Shown in pieces: positions 38,156 to 52,078 of a DNA stretch of 64,000 nt (within the stretch, counting starts at the first letter, position 1; every line of letters begins with the position of its first letter). A program made the translations under genes and the position numbers. The stretch lies in NCBI GenBank assembly GCA_013239625.1, contig MU053557.1:4122123-4186122 (forward strand). The letters are read 5' to 3'. Below the pieces are notes generated by a model, which did not search any database, had not been told where the DNA came from, and worked only from the letters and a program-made list of their open reading frames with translations. The DNA is from Lama guanicoe. Its lineage: Eukaryota.

Positions 38156-39731
38156 GAGTTTACCTAGAGCGTTGTAATGAGTTTACCTAGAGCATTGTAA
38201 AAGATGCCCTCTACCCTAACCCTCATTTCCCCATTGCAAATTATTTTCTTTTGATCCTCGGTTTAGAACTTCCTGTTTAGAAGTGGGGAGATTTTGACAC
38301 TGATTTATCGAGCTCCTACTATATGGCAAATAACACACCAAGGAGGTTTTTTACATTGGCTCACTTCATTTTCACAATCACCATGTCATCTAATCACATG
38401 ACGCCCTTTTTTTCAGAAAAGACTGATGCTCAGCATGGTTAGGAGACTTAGGATCCTACAACTATCAAATGGTAGACCTGGGATTTAAATCTGCACATTA
38501 TGATTGCAAGCCCAGTGCTTGCCCACTAAATGTTAAACCTGCTCATTTGGAATTGAAAATTTTCCTTAAAAGAAAAAGACATGCTAAAGTTTTACTTTTT
38601 GTCTAGAAATTTAGTATCTAAAGTGTTGACGATGATAGCTTAATATGTCTTATAAAAATATTCTGGCTATAGAAAATGGCAGGGAAAAATTCATGCAGAT
38701 GGAAATTACGCTAAAAGGAGTTCCTATGCAATTCTAAAAGAACTCTTTTTGATTGTTTTTGAAGACCCTATAGAAGGTGGGAGGGTGGGGATGGAGGTTG
38801 GTGCATAAGGGATTTAGGCTAGGTATTCTTCAAATACAAACACGTGGAGGAAAATTCTTGTGGCAAGCTCTTAATAGACTTTTCCAGGGCCTCAAAGATC
38901 ACACATATTGGGCATGAGAAAAACTTCAAAGCCTAAAGAGGCTCCGTCTGTATGGCATATAATGGAGTTCAAAGCTGCAAGGAATACAAAGGGTATCAGG
39001 ATCAAAGACACTGCTCTCCAAGGCCATGTCTGGATGTAAAGCCAAGCCGGAACTGATGCGACAAGATTCTCACTGCTGCACAGTATGTTAACTACGAGGG
39101 CTTCCATTCTTCTCGAAAATAAAATACTAGATGACAGTGCCAGTAAATTATACCTTCGACGTTAAGTCTCACTTAAAGAAAACCCATTCTTCCAAAATTC
39201 GAACTGAACAAAGAGTTCCAGTGACAGATTTTTTTTCTTTACCATATATTTTTTCTTTATGTGTAAATTCACTGTAGGGTCTCTGGGTTTCTCTGCAACT
39301 ATCTCTTTGTCCACAATTGTTCAGGGTATAGAAATACTCATCAGGCACAAAATAGGTCTTCCTTTGGAATAAAACCCATGGTATGTTTTCAGCGTTTGGC
39401 TGATCACTTCCTTGAAATTATTTTGTGGTTATGAGAAATCCAGCCCAGGGGGAAATGTGGACCACATAGGGCCTCCCCATCGTGGTCAATCATTTACCAG
39501 AAGGATAAGGAGAATTTCCCGTACTCAGATAACAACCTGCTCCCCATCCCTTTGCTCTAGTTGGCCTTTTTCCCTGGGACCAATTGCTAATGGATCCAGC
39601 TCTGCATATTTTGCCAGGCTCCTAGCTCACTGTATGCTAAGTAGTATGATTTCTTTTCTCACCTCTGCTACTGACAATATAAAACTTTTATGCTCAGATG
39701 AAAGAAGAAATGGCTTAGTGTTATTCTACTG

Positions 39732-39952
39732 CAAAGGCGGCCAAACAATGGCAAATGGTACAAAACCAACCCACTGTCTATTTTTGTAAATAAAAGTTCA
39801 CTGGAACACAGGCAAACTCAACTGCTTATCTATTTTCTATGGCTGCTTACCACCAAGAGACAAGGCTGAGTAATTACAGAAGCGACTGAATGGCCTAAAA
39901 AAGCTGAAAGTATTTACTCTTTGACCCTTTAGAAACAAGTTTGATGATCCCT
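39732..39952. mobile_element. MER58A DNA transposon
   Basis: tttttgtaaataaaagttcactggaacacag...tatggctgctt...aagctgaaagtatttactctttgacccttta...gtttgatgatccctg. Confidence 0.8.
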
Positions 39953-40279
39953 GCTCTTTTGGAACCAGAGATATGTTTGATCTAAAGAAGAATATGGCAT
40001 AGAGACACTGAGACTTCTAAGAGCATGCTAAAAGAAACCTGTTTAACTGAGAGTGATTCATTCCTCTGGGTTTTCTCACTATGTAGAAAACAGTATCATC
40101 CCAGCTGACCAAGCCTGAAGCCAGGCATCTTCCTCCATTTATTTTTCTCCTTTACCTAAGTCATTATCTACTTTGAGTATCTCTTAAATCTCTTCTCTTC
40201 TTCCCAGTCTGCTGTCCATAATCTAATGAAAGCTTTCCTGTTAGCTTCACCTAGACCACTACAGCCACTTCTGCCTACC

Positions 40280-41225
40280 TGTCTACAGTCATCGGTCTAT
40301 TAGACACCTGAAACTTAACACATCCAAAGCTGAACTCTTGATTCTGCTCACTCAAACTTGCTTCCCATCTCAATACGCAGCAAGTCTATTTTTTTTTTCC
40401 CAGCTGCTCAGGCCAAAAACCTTGGAGTAATTCTTAACAAGTCTCTTTCTTTCATTCCTCACCTATATCAACAAATCCTCTTAGTTCTATCTGAGAAATG
40501 TTTTCTGATTCTGACCCTTTCCCAGCTCTTGTACCATGCCTCACCTGGGTGGGACGGCAAAGGCTCCCCCAGTGGTGTTCCTGCTTCCACTGTTTTCTAT
40601 ATACAATCCACTCTTCACCCAGGAGATAGACTGAGCTTTCTAAAATGTTTAGGGTGGAACATGTCACTGCCCTACTCACCAGCCTTGAGATGCCTTGTCC
40701 TCACACTCAGAGTAAATACCCAGGACCCTTACATGGCCTACATGGCTCTACAAAGCTGGTTCTTGGCTGCTTTTATGATCTTACCTCTCACCACTTTCTC
40801 CTTTTCCCCTGCTGCTCCAGCCATGAAGGCTTCCTCATCATTCCCAAAAGGAGCCAGTCAGGCTCCCACCTCGGAGTCTCCAGTTTGACACTGCCTCCAT
40901 CTGGATCTCTCTATCCCAAGGCAACAGAACTGCTCATCCTCTCCTTTCACTCAGGTCTCTGCTCAGATTTACCTCTGAAGAGAGGGCTTTCCTATGTCTA
41001 TTTAAAATAGAATCTCTCCTCTCACTCTCTATTCCTGTGTCTTGAAGTTTTGATTTTCACAGCTGTTACCTAGTTTGCCCTCTTCCACACGAGAATGGCT
41101 TGACTGTAAATCTTATTGAAAGTAAGAACTTGGTCTGTTATGTTTACAGATGTATTTCTAGCACCTAAAACAGTGCCTGGCACAAGCAAGTACTCAAAAT
41201 GTATTTGTGGAATGAATGAATGAAC
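40280..41225 (+). mobile_element. L2 LINE 3' portion
   Basis: aaacttaacacatccaaagctgaactcttgatt; gctcaggccaaaaaccttggagt; ends gtgcctggcacaagcaagtactcaaaatgtatttgtggaatgaatgaatgaa. Confidence 0.8.
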
Positions 41226-43507
41226 AAAAGAATGGAGTCACTTCTCATTGGCCATCTTCCTTGACTCTCCCTCTTCCCAACCATTATCAGCACTGAAGTC
41301 AAATGTTTTGTTTTGCTTTTTTCAAGAAGGAATTAGCTCATCTCCCTTAGCCTGTCCAAAATCCTTAATGTAGTCCTACTGTGATTTTGGTAAAATACTA
41401 AATTTGATTTGGTTTAACTCATTCAGTCCCTACTTAGCACTCCAGCTTTATTTGTGACTCTGCTCCATAATCAACTCTACCAAGCAGAGTCTCTATTAAA
41501 TGCCCACTTAGGCAGGTGGGACATACTTGTCAAGCCCTCACCCACCCTTCCTCTACTTTACCTGGCAGACTCTTGCATATCTTTGGTGCACAATTAAACA
41601 TCTTATTCTCTGGGAAGCCATTCCATCCCTGATTCTAAGAACTTCTTCCTCCTACATGCTTATAACACCCTGTAATTACATATCATAGCTCTTACCATAC
41701 GATATTTTAATTATTATTTTAAATGTGTGTCACCCCAACCACACTGTCTTATTCATTTTGGTATCCACAGTGCCTAGTATAACAAATATATACTAAGCAA
41801 GTAAAAAGGTACACAAGGTAGCACTTGCTTGAAAAAAATTTAAACTCAAGCAATAATATAAAGGTGTTCTTTTTTTTTTCCTTACTTCCACTCAATAGTT
41901 CTATTTAATCCTAGGTCTAAACTAGTCCTTGAGTCAGGTGTATTAGGGCCACCAATCACCTCTCTGAGTTACAACTTATAATCACTAACATCACATGAAG
42001 ACTACGAATAGTTAGCTAGTTTCTCGAGAGACTATCAGAGGCCTTTTCCAGACTGTACTCTAAAGGCTAACAATAATTCCAAGTCTATTTTCTCGTCCCA
42101 TTCCCAGCACTGAAGTTGTTGAAGGGATTAAGAAAACCCATGTAAAACACCTGGGGTAGCACCTGGCACGTGCTATATGCTCAGTAAATGCTACTGGCTA
42201 TTAGTGTTCACCTTTAATATTTATTTCAAATGTGTACAAATGACATTCACGTTTGTCCTGGTCCTCCAGCTCATAGTACAGCAAGAAAGTCTGGCCGATG
42301 ACTGATCACTATGACAGCATGTTGTAATTCGGCTGGGGGCTGTTGAAATGACAAGTAAAAATAGAGTCCAGAGATGAGAGATAATGAGTAAGAATACACT
42401 GGACTTTTTCCAGATATAACCAGTAGAAAAGCAAATGTGATAGATCAGAGAAGTGGGGGAAATGTGCTGAAAGTTCATACGAATGGAGGTGGAGTTTGGG
42501 GTATGTATGGGGTAAGAATGTATGGGGTAAGAATTTGGGAGCATACTGAACTGCCACAAGCATAAGAGAAGAGGGGAGTATCTATGTTCTTGATGGAGCA
42601 TAAGGGTTTTGAAGAGAAAAGTTCTACATTCAAGTTTACCGTCAACACGAGCACACTCATTCACAGCCCCATGCACACAATCCATAAAAGCAGGCTGAGA
42701 AGTGATGGGAATGGAGGAAGGCAGGCAGAGAATAACTGTGGGATAACCAAAAGATTGGCTGATTGAAGTTCATATTCTCCACCTGGATGCTACTAAGCAC
42801 CCCTAGAGCCTAGGACAGCATCACATAAAGTAAGATCATTTAAAAATGACTGCTGGCAAACCTAAGAACTGTATTGTATTAAAGTTGATAAGTGCATGTC
42901 CAGACTATGCTTATGACAAACTTAAAAAGAACCTTAAAAGAATTCATGCTCCAGTAATTCTACTTCTAAGAATTTATCCTAAAAAAGTAAATTATTAGAG
43001 ATACTCTTAAAGATTTATGTACATTATGACTCACAACCACATTGCTTATAATTAGGAAAACTGGAAACAAACTAAAAGTCTAAATTTGGATATCAATTAC
43101 ATCAACAATTTCATATGTATTTAATATTTACACAGCCATTAAAACCCAGGTTTGAACAGAATATTTAACAACAGGGGAAAGTTCTCATAAATACTGTTGA
43201 GTGCTAAAAGCATATATAAAAAAGAAAAGCACAAGTTCAATTTTCTATCGAAATGTGTTTTTACATAAGGGTTCAGAAAAATAACTGCTGAAAGATTAAC
43301 ATGTAACCTTTCTCTTAAAACCACACACACACACACACATAAAGACTGGAAGGAACAACTGGTTATCTTCCTCCTCTATCCCAAAGAGATAACTAAGATT
43401 TATGTTTTGAGTTATCAGCAGTGCTGGTCATAGATTTGTCAAGTTGCAGGGCTGAAGGGGGCAGTTTCTGGCAGCAGAGCATAGATACCTGACCTAAAGG
43501 AATAAGC

Positions 43508-43665
43508 AGCCAACTAAGGAGGGAGGGAAGCTTGAAGAACTATGACAAGGAGAAAGCAGGAGTTTGCAGATTCTAAGAACAGCAAGAAGGAACACCACAC
43601 TCCCTCTCCGCACCCATAGAGACCAAGCACTGTAATCGAAGGCCCCAGTGTCAAACTTGATACAG
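43508..43665 (+). repeat. 158-bp dispersed direct repeat, copy 1
   Basis: Ungapped match to 62783-62940, 143/158 identical by manual count. Confidence 0.93.
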
Positions 43666-44146
43666 CAGCAGCAGAACCGCCTTTCTTCCAGGGACCAGGT
43701 AGAAGTGGACAACTACCCCGGCTGTGGTGGTCAGAGTGGAATGAAAAACAAAAGGTCCAGCTTGTTCCAGAAAGTAGATGTCCAATGTTTGGGATTACAT
43801 TTCCCCTTGAAACCCATCTTGTAGAGTTTATTAAAGATTTAACTAATTTAGAGATGAAAAGAAATGTAGCATCTCTTACACCTGAATTTTGTAAAATTCC
43901 TTCTGCTTCTTTATTTTTCTTAATGGTATTTATCGAACATATTGAATGTTTCCTTGTTTTTTAGTGTCTACTGAAGGCCTCTCCCCACCCTTTCCCCACC
44001 CCCTCACCCTCCAATAGACTATAAGCACCATGAAAGCAGAGACTTTGTTTTCTCGGCACATAGTAGGTACTCAACAAATATTTGTTTAAATAAGTTAAGG
44101 AATAAATGATGCCATCAGATTATCTTGGAAATCATGTTATATCATC

Positions 44147-44502
44147 TGCCTTAGTCTACTCAGACTGCCGTAACAAAATACCGTAAGCTGGATGGCTTAG
44201 ACAACAAAAATGTATTCTTTCACAGTTGTGGAGGCTGAGAGTCTAAGATCCAGGTGCTGGCAGATTGGCTCCTGGTGAAAGTTCTCTTCTTCACCCGCAG
44301 AAGGCTGCCTTCTCTCTGTGTCCTTACACCATGGAGAGAGAGCAAGCTCGCTGGTATCTCTTCATATAAGGGCACTAATCCCACCATGAGGGTCTCATCT
44401 AACCTAATTATCATTATTTCCCAAAGGTCTCACCCTCCAAATATCATCACCCTGGGGGGTTAGGGTTTCAACATATGAGCCGGGGACAATTCAGTCCATA
44501 AT
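44147..44502 (-). mobile_element. MaLR solo LTR (MLT1A-like)
   Basis: ctgccgtaacaaaataccgtaagctggatggctta...cacagttgtggaggctg...ggttagggtttcaacatatga...attcagtccataa. Confidence 0.85.
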
Positions 44503-44999
44503 GAATAACATGCAGTTTTTTTTATTTTGACCAAAGTACTACTTTTAGATCCTTTAATCATCTAGTTACAAGTCAAATGCTCTATCTTTACCACAAGGCT
44601 TTACATAGTTTATATCCAACAGAGACTGTGATAAGTCTGTCCTTTCCAGGTCTACCACCTTTATAAAAACTCAGTTGAAACATTCCTTTTCAAAGTTTAG
44701 GGTTCTTAACCACCCTTAGTCCCATTTTTTGTTTTTCCGTAAGTGTTACATCTTTTTCTCTGAGTATTTCCACTCAGTGAATTTTTCAAAGTATAAATAA
44801 GGGTCTGGTAGTCAATTAATCTGTAAGTCAATCAACTAACTAACCAATCAATATTTGCTGTATCTAATGTGCCTGGCCTTGGAGCTACAGTGGAGAATGA
44901 GACAGAAATGGTCCCTGTCATCATGGAACATGTGGTATAAATTATATATTGGAAAGACCATTTTTACAGATGGTCTGTGAGCTTGCCTAAAGATACATA

Positions 45000-45960
45000 C
45001 ACTACAAGTAGTCAGGAAAATGTAATTTAAAACAATGAGAGATCACTTTCACCCATCAGATTGAAGACCCACTAAGTTAACCATCTTTTGAGCTGATAAA
45101 GATGTGCTGAAAGGGCACTCACAGGACTAGTTGTGGAAAGATACATTGGCAAAACTTTGTGGATGCCAACTGGCAGTATCTTTAAACATTGTGAATGCAC
45201 ATTTTCCACAAACCTATTCTAGTGAAATGCTTGAAGCACTTGCTTAGGTGTAAAAGAATGTATGTTGCTATACTGTTTGTAAGAATGGACACTTCAAAAT
45301 AGAATAAATGTCCACCAATCTGGGAATGAGTAATTAAACCATAGCACTTGGATACCCTTAAATATTATGCAGATGTTAAAAAGAATGAGAAGAGATCCAT
45401 ATACATGTAATAAAAGGTATAAAGGCATGTACTGGGTCAATGAACAATGGAACCAGGGGAGTGAGTGTGGGCTGGGGGCAAGAAGAGGTAGCTATTTTAT
45501 CAGGAGGAGATTTTGACTGTATTTGCAATATTTTATATCTTAATCTGGGTCAGGGACATGCAACTATTCTTTCATTTTTCTCAGAAGCTTTGATTATTTG
45601 TGAGGTATTTTATGTTTAAAGTGAAAATGATACGTGTCTATATATCCTTTTATATATATAATAAAATTAAATATTAATAAAATAATAATATCTCCCAGGC
45701 ACACGGTTAAATGAAAAAATCATAGACTAATACATATAATATGATACCCTAAGAGTTTGAAGGAATATAAAAACAGGGAGAGGAGAGCTGTGTATGCATA
45801 TAGGCACCTACATACAAGGAAATTCGGAGGTTATGGCCATTACAATGCACAACCAGTTGTTAATCATAAATGTCTGGGGCCGGGGAATAGATGGTAATGG
45901 GAGACTTTTTTCATTTGGCGTGTTACTGAAATTTGAAATGACCAGAATAGATTTATGTAT
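45000..45960 (+). mobile_element. Ancient L1 (L1ME-like) 3' fragments
   Basis: aaaacaatgagagatcactttcacccatcagattg; aataaatgtccaccaatctgggaatg; gttaaaaagaatgag. Confidence 0.65.
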
Positions 45961-46204
45961 TACTTGTTCAAATGAAGAATAAAGAAGTACTACCCCTCTC
46001 CTGTGAATCCCGTCTTCTCTAGCACTTCTCAATCACAGCCCTTCTCACTTCACACTAGAAGGTTAACATATTGTTCTTGCCAAATAAGTCACACAGAATG
46101 ACAGCATTAATTTCTCCAAGCAGTCAGGTGTGAGTTCTGCTGTGACTAGAAAACAAACAAACTCAGTAGGCTTGGCCCAGGAATGTCAGCTTAGCTATAG
46201 GCAT

Positions 46205-46790
46205 ATGTTTGTTCATTTGTTCATTCAACCATCCCTTTGTCTACTCAGTCACTGCTGTGCGCACTCAACAGAATATGTGAGGGTCTACACTATTTCAGTC
46301 ACCGAGAAGAGAGAGCAGGCGTGATTCCTTCCCTCAGAAAGCTCAGAGGCTACCAGAGCAGACAGACGTGAATCCGCTAATGCATATATATAAAATTACA
46401 GCTGCTGTGGAGGCTATGAGAAAAGGTATACTTGGTAGTGATAACCTTGTTTCGGGATCAGAAAACACTTTCCTGAGAGAGCGATCACTGAGTTGCAATT
46501 TAAAGGAGGAACAGGAGTTGACTGAAATAAGGCAGGAAATGTTGGGGGCCAGGGACAGAAATGCAGTGGTGAGAAGGATGTGATTTATTCCAGCAGCTGA
46601 AAGAAGACCAACATAACTGGAGTGCAGGGAGCCAGGGGAGTCACCATCAGATGGGGCCAACAAGGGTCAGATCAGGAGGGGACGGGAGGCTGGGCTCAGT
46701 ATTTAGGTCTTCATCATGAGTCCGGTGGAGAGTCACAAATTCCTTAAAGAAGGTTGGCATTAATGGTGACATGATTAGATTTGCATTTCG
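46205..46790 (-). mobile_element. L2 LINE remnant
   Basis: ttcatttgttcattcaac tail; gtgacatgattagatttgcattt. Confidence 0.65.
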
Positions 46791-48614
46791 ACATGTCTGT
46801 GAATTTTGGGGGAGATGGTCTTTGGCCTTAGTAATTTAAAAACCTTTTATTTCATTTCAGTAGAGTCGGGGGTGTTACAAAATATTTGTTTAAAAAAGGG
46901 CAGGCTCGTGGCTGATTTGATATTTTCAAAAATCACTGGTCTAGCAAAATGTAATGACTTTCAAGAGCTTGGCTGTTTTCTTTCTTTCTTTTTTGAATTT
47001 CAGGTGCCTTGTGTAAAATGAATGCACTGAAGAGTTCCTAATTTATCAATCCTGGAAATAGGCAGTGAAAGAAGATCAGTGAGTGTCAAAGGTTGGGAAT
47101 AAAAGAGCAGAGGCAGAGGCAGCATACTACTTGTCTATCAGGAAAATTAGAAAGATCTGCTCTAGCTTCAAGCTTTTCTCATTCACAGCCCTGAAGGATT
47201 TTTAACAACTGTAATACACATCTTCCGAGAAAGCCGTATTTCATTATCTTATGAATATCTAATTTGACAATATTTGCAAATCAAGTTTGTAGAATTCTGG
47301 TGTGTGTGTTATTCTTTCTCAATAATTGGAGGAGTAGAGATGCTTCCATGTGCCAGAAAATGCTGAGATAGAAAAATTAATTTTGTGGTTAGCTTGAAAA
47401 TGAATGTTAGGCTGCAATATGTAAGGTTATGTAATGTAATGTAATATAATTAGGGTATTCCCTTAGGGTTGATTGTGGCAGCTTTCCGATCCTTCAGGCC
47501 TCTTTGGTTTCTCTGCTTTAATAACAATGGAATAAAGGCTAGTTATTATCATTACCTGAGTGTCACCATTTGCCAAGAAGAATGCTATTTTTCATGCATT
47601 AACATATTCTATTGTCACAACAAGCCTGTGGAGATGGGTGTTACTATTTTGTCCAATTTCCAGACAAAGAAACTGAGGGTCAAAGATCTGAACAGATGTG
47701 CCCAAAGTCGCATAAGCAGCAAATAGTAAATTCAAGATTTGCACCAAGGTCTCTCTGACTCTGGAACCGATGATGTACTGGGATACATGTTCCAACATAT
47801 TAGAGAAAATTTAATAATCAGTGGCGTTATTTATGAAGACAATCTAAAAGTAAAAATAGATAATCTGAAATACACATGAATATAAATGCTTACCTCTTAA
47901 AATTATCTGGTAACTCCTTTGAGAACTACAAATTACTGAGCCTGCTCTCCTCCAATAAGCTGTTCTCCATACTTTCTCAGTTACTCACTTCACTGTTCAA
48001 ACCTTGAACTTGTCGTTACCATTAGCTGTAACTCCCAAGCATCTCTACGTCAAATATTTCACTCTCCATCATTTCCTATGACTAGAACTCATTCCTTTAG
48101 CAGTCTGACTCCAGCAATTCTTTGACTCTCTTAAGATATTCAACCCATTAATCCTAACACTTTTTCACTATCCCTCACCCTTCTTATCTTAGAACATGAC
48201 ACACCGCAGGCAGGTTATGGAAGCTTAAAGATATGAATGCTAAAGTTGCTAGAAATCTAAGGATACCCTGAGAATTGTTCTGGACAATGATTATCCAGAT
48301 ATACTAAAAAATATCTAGACAGAGTTAACCAGAATAAAAGAGGACTCTGAATTATCCCCTGCATCACAAGTAGAACAAACAATTGAGGAAATGAGAGGTG
48401 CTGGGGTAGCTAACTCCAGTCTCTGAAATACCGTCACGCGGCCCTTAAGAGTGTGACTGACTGGATCCAGTGAGGGAAAATACTAGAAGGCAGAATTCAA
48501 CTCAACTAAAGAAAAAATGACAAATACTTCTTTTTCTCTATTACAAGTTCAGTCCACTTGTACACTTGAAATGCTATAATGTGAAAGTTTCTGAGAATGG
48601 GCCCTCAGTCATCA

Positions 48615-49040
48615 TGTCAGTCAGAATGTGTTAGATTTTACTTTGATAACAAACAACCCCCAATCTTCTGCAGGTTAAAAGGACAAAGGTTTAGTTTTTG
48701 CTAATGTACACATCCACTGTGGGTGGTCAGGGAAGCTCTGCTCACCACATTCCCTTAGGGACCCACGCTGATGGGGTGGCCACCCCCTTAACTGTTGCCA
48801 GTTGCCACGCTAGAGGGAAAGAGAACTCAGAGATCAGAAGACTATGCGAGTGTATCACAAACTGGTAATGAAATGCTCTGGCCTGGAAGTGATTCATTCC
48901 ACTTCCACTCAACAACTCATTGGCCAGAACCAGACACATGGCCCCAGGCAACCATAAGAGAAGTAGGACATTCTAACCTACAATGTGCCCAGAAGGCAAA
49001 AAGAAGAGTGAGTTGCATAATAGCACCACAAGCAGCACAG
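48615..49040 (-). mobile_element. MaLR LTR (MLT1J/K-like)
   Basis: taacaaacaacccccaatct...caaaggtttagtttttgct...cattggccagaaccagacacatggcccca. Confidence 0.7.
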
Positions 49041-49778
49041 TGAGCAGTGGTGTACCTCGCGGGTCCAGCTAAGATGTTCTGGCGTTTAAGTCTGGTGCTT
49101 TTCATTCCTGCCCTCATCACCAGAGCTGCCCTGTAAAGCTTCACAATGTAGTGAGCTCCCCAACACCAGAAGGATGCAAGAAAAGGTTAGAGGGCTGTAA
49201 GTCAATGACACCATAATGGCTATTCCTTTATCTAATAGGCTAGAGGGACAATAAGGAAGCCCACAGTTCTAAGTTTCCACATAGGCCCCTTCCTGCACTG
49301 AAATAAACAGAATTAGGCACTGTGGAACCCTGTACTAAGTTCAGCCAGATCTTTAGAGACAAGTAACTAGTTCTCAAACCAGCTAAACGGCTAAGCATTG
49401 AGGTGAATTTTACTCAACAGAAATAGAACAAAACACAGGCTGGCTATTATTGCTGCATGGTTGCTTTTCTTTTCCACAAGAGAGCCAATCATATTACCTC
49501 TCTCCCTAAAGAGAGATGATGGTCAGAAAAATCAAAAAGAAAGCAAGGAAAAGGATTTCCATGGGGAAAAACCCCTACAGCAAGATTTGTAGTGCTACCA
49601 ATATTTCTATATTGAAAACTGGAACCTGGATAGGAACATCCCTATTCAGCTACAGGCAGGACAGTAAATGGTTAGGTGAGAAAATGATCTGCTGTTCACC
49701 CAAGCCCATTAGCAACCAGTCAGACTAAACAGTGATGGATAAAATAAGTGAGAAAAGGGGAAAAAATGTATTAAAGGC

Positions 49779-49780
<2 letters not shown>

Positions 49781-49870
<90 letters not shown>
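49781..49870. repeat. Compound (TC)10(CA)~34 microsatellite
   Basis: Directly visible perfect dinucleotide runs. Confidence 0.97.
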
Positions 49871-49874
<4 letters not shown>

Positions 49875-50899
49875 TCACACACATGATAAATTTTTAAAGT
49901 TAACATCTGAATTCAGTCTTTAGTTAGTAAAAGCTTCCCTGGCTATGCCTGACTATAGCACATAATTCAGAGAGGTTAGGGTTATTATAATTGATATTTT
50001 CTGACAATGAAACTCAGATTCAAAAAGATTAATTCCATTCACACTCACCTAAAAAGGTCTATATATGTCGTGTACTAGAAAGCACCTAAATGGGTGTGTG
50101 CCAAAAACAGACCACTGATCTGTCAAAGTTGACATAAGGGAGAATCATCTCATCACCCTACAGCGCCTTCCCATTGCCAAAGCTGGTGATGGAAGGGTGG
50201 GCTTGAGGGACTGTGAATCCTATAATATAAGGCACTTCTTATGTTCTCAGGGAAACTGTTTATCTTTGACATTCTACATTAAGTCAAATTTCCACCCACC
50301 ACAGAATTCATTTTACTTTCCATAAATCGCCAAGTGACATCAAGTAATTTCCTCTGGTTTATGCTCTCAAAAAAATGTCCTCATAGTGGAGCTGATTATT
50401 ATGTCCCAAGAGGAAGGCAGCATTACAGGATAACTAATGACTATGTCTGCATGAGAGTTAACCGCCAAGCACCCTGTAAATGAGCCAAATCATCTGTAGA
50501 TAAAACGGCTGACTGGCTGATGGAACTGTGGCTCACTGGTCCAGTCAAGATGAGAGCTTCTGAGTGCATCCCCTCTCTGTCTAACTGCCTCTACCTGTTT
50601 CTTCTCACCAGCTTGGAGCCACTACAGGCCCCTCTCAACCTCCAGTTCTGAAGCTAGTATTGTCTTTAATAAAAGGAGAGGTAAGCAGCCCTGGTCAATT
50701 AGAGGTCTAAGTCTCAACTCAGCCTGCCTGTGGTTTCAGTTTGGCCCTATTCAAACACCAAAATTGCACCCTAGTTCAGCAATGGGATTCCTTTCTTTTC
50801 CTGTGCCTTATGCCTGATTTCTTTCTTCTCTCTCCCCCTTTTTCTCTTCCCCCGCCCCCTGTCTCTCTTTCTGTCTCTCTCTTCCCCCTCTCCTGTCTT

Positions 50900-51660
50900 T
50901 TTAATTACATGGGTAAAACATGAACACATTCTTCAGTTGACAAAATTGGATTAGCAATAATTAACATCTGACTGGCCATGTGTTGACAGAGACCTGGAAC
51001 AATGGAGCTTCTTATGAACTGCTGGTAGGAGTGCAACCACAATGGAGAGGACTTTGGCATTGCCTAGTAAAGTCAAGAAGTAAACACCCTACAAACCACT
51101 CTTAGGCATAGAACGTACAGAAAGACACACATGTTGACAAGGTGACAAGGCTATTTATGGAATAATTTTCTGTAATTGCAAAACTTTGGAATTTATCTAG
51201 CTGTTCATCAACAGGAGAACCAAAAAGTAAATTAGTCATAAAGTAGCCTACTATGCAGGAGTAAAAAATAAATTCAACTAAACTAGGTAAACATAGCAAT
51301 ATTAAAACATTTTGCACATATGATGCTGAGTTTTAAAAAATAAGTTGCTGAGTAATACATACAGTACATTATTTATATAAAGTTAAAAACATGAAACATG
51401 AACATTTTATTACTATAGTAATAATATTTTTTGGAATACATGCATATGCACTAAAAAGTATAAAGAAATGCAAGGGAACAACAGACTCTAAATTCTGGGG
51501 GCAACTGCCTCTGTTGGCGGAAGTAAGGGGATGCAAACATAGAGGACTCAACTGTCTTTGTCATGCCTTGTTGCATAAACTGGATGATGGTACACAAGAA
51601 TTTGTTCCAGTATACTACATGTAACTTTGTTAGTTTGACCTGTATCATAATAAACTGTAA
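50900..51660 (+). mobile_element. Ancient L1 (L1ME-like) 3' fragment
   Basis: ctggaacaatggagctttcttatgaactgctggtaggagtg; ctgtaattgcaaaactttggaa; catttatataaagttaaaaacatg. Confidence 0.65.
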
Positions 51661-52026
51661 TACTCTAGGGGAAAAAACTGTCTTTCCTTTTTTTTATGCA
51701 AGTGTAATATGTACTTTCATTTGACATTATTTCTTGACCATATAAATATAGTTCCCTTGTTAACAAAAATACATTTTCCTAGAACTCCAGCATTTTCTCC
51801 CAGGGAAACGGGTATAACAACTAAGAAAACAGCCTTTGGAGACATGTCTGAATTCCACTTAATGCTTACTATTTACCGAGGGCAAGTTATTCAAGTTTTC
51901 TCTGTTTTAGGCTTTTCATCTTTAAAACAGAGGTAATCACAAGTACCAGCTTCTTAGGATTGCTTGAGGATTAGATGATGCAATTCATATAAAGCACTTC
52001 GAGCAGTGTCTGGCACATGGGGAGCC

Positions 52027-52057
<31 letters not shown>

Positions 52058-52078
52058 CATTATCATCATCATTATTAT
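52027..52078. repeat. (TTA)n(TCA)n trinucleotide repeat at the tail of a MIR (about 51830-52030, +)
   Basis: ttattattatt...atcattatcatcatcattatt following gtgtctggcacatggggagcc. Confidence 0.85.
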
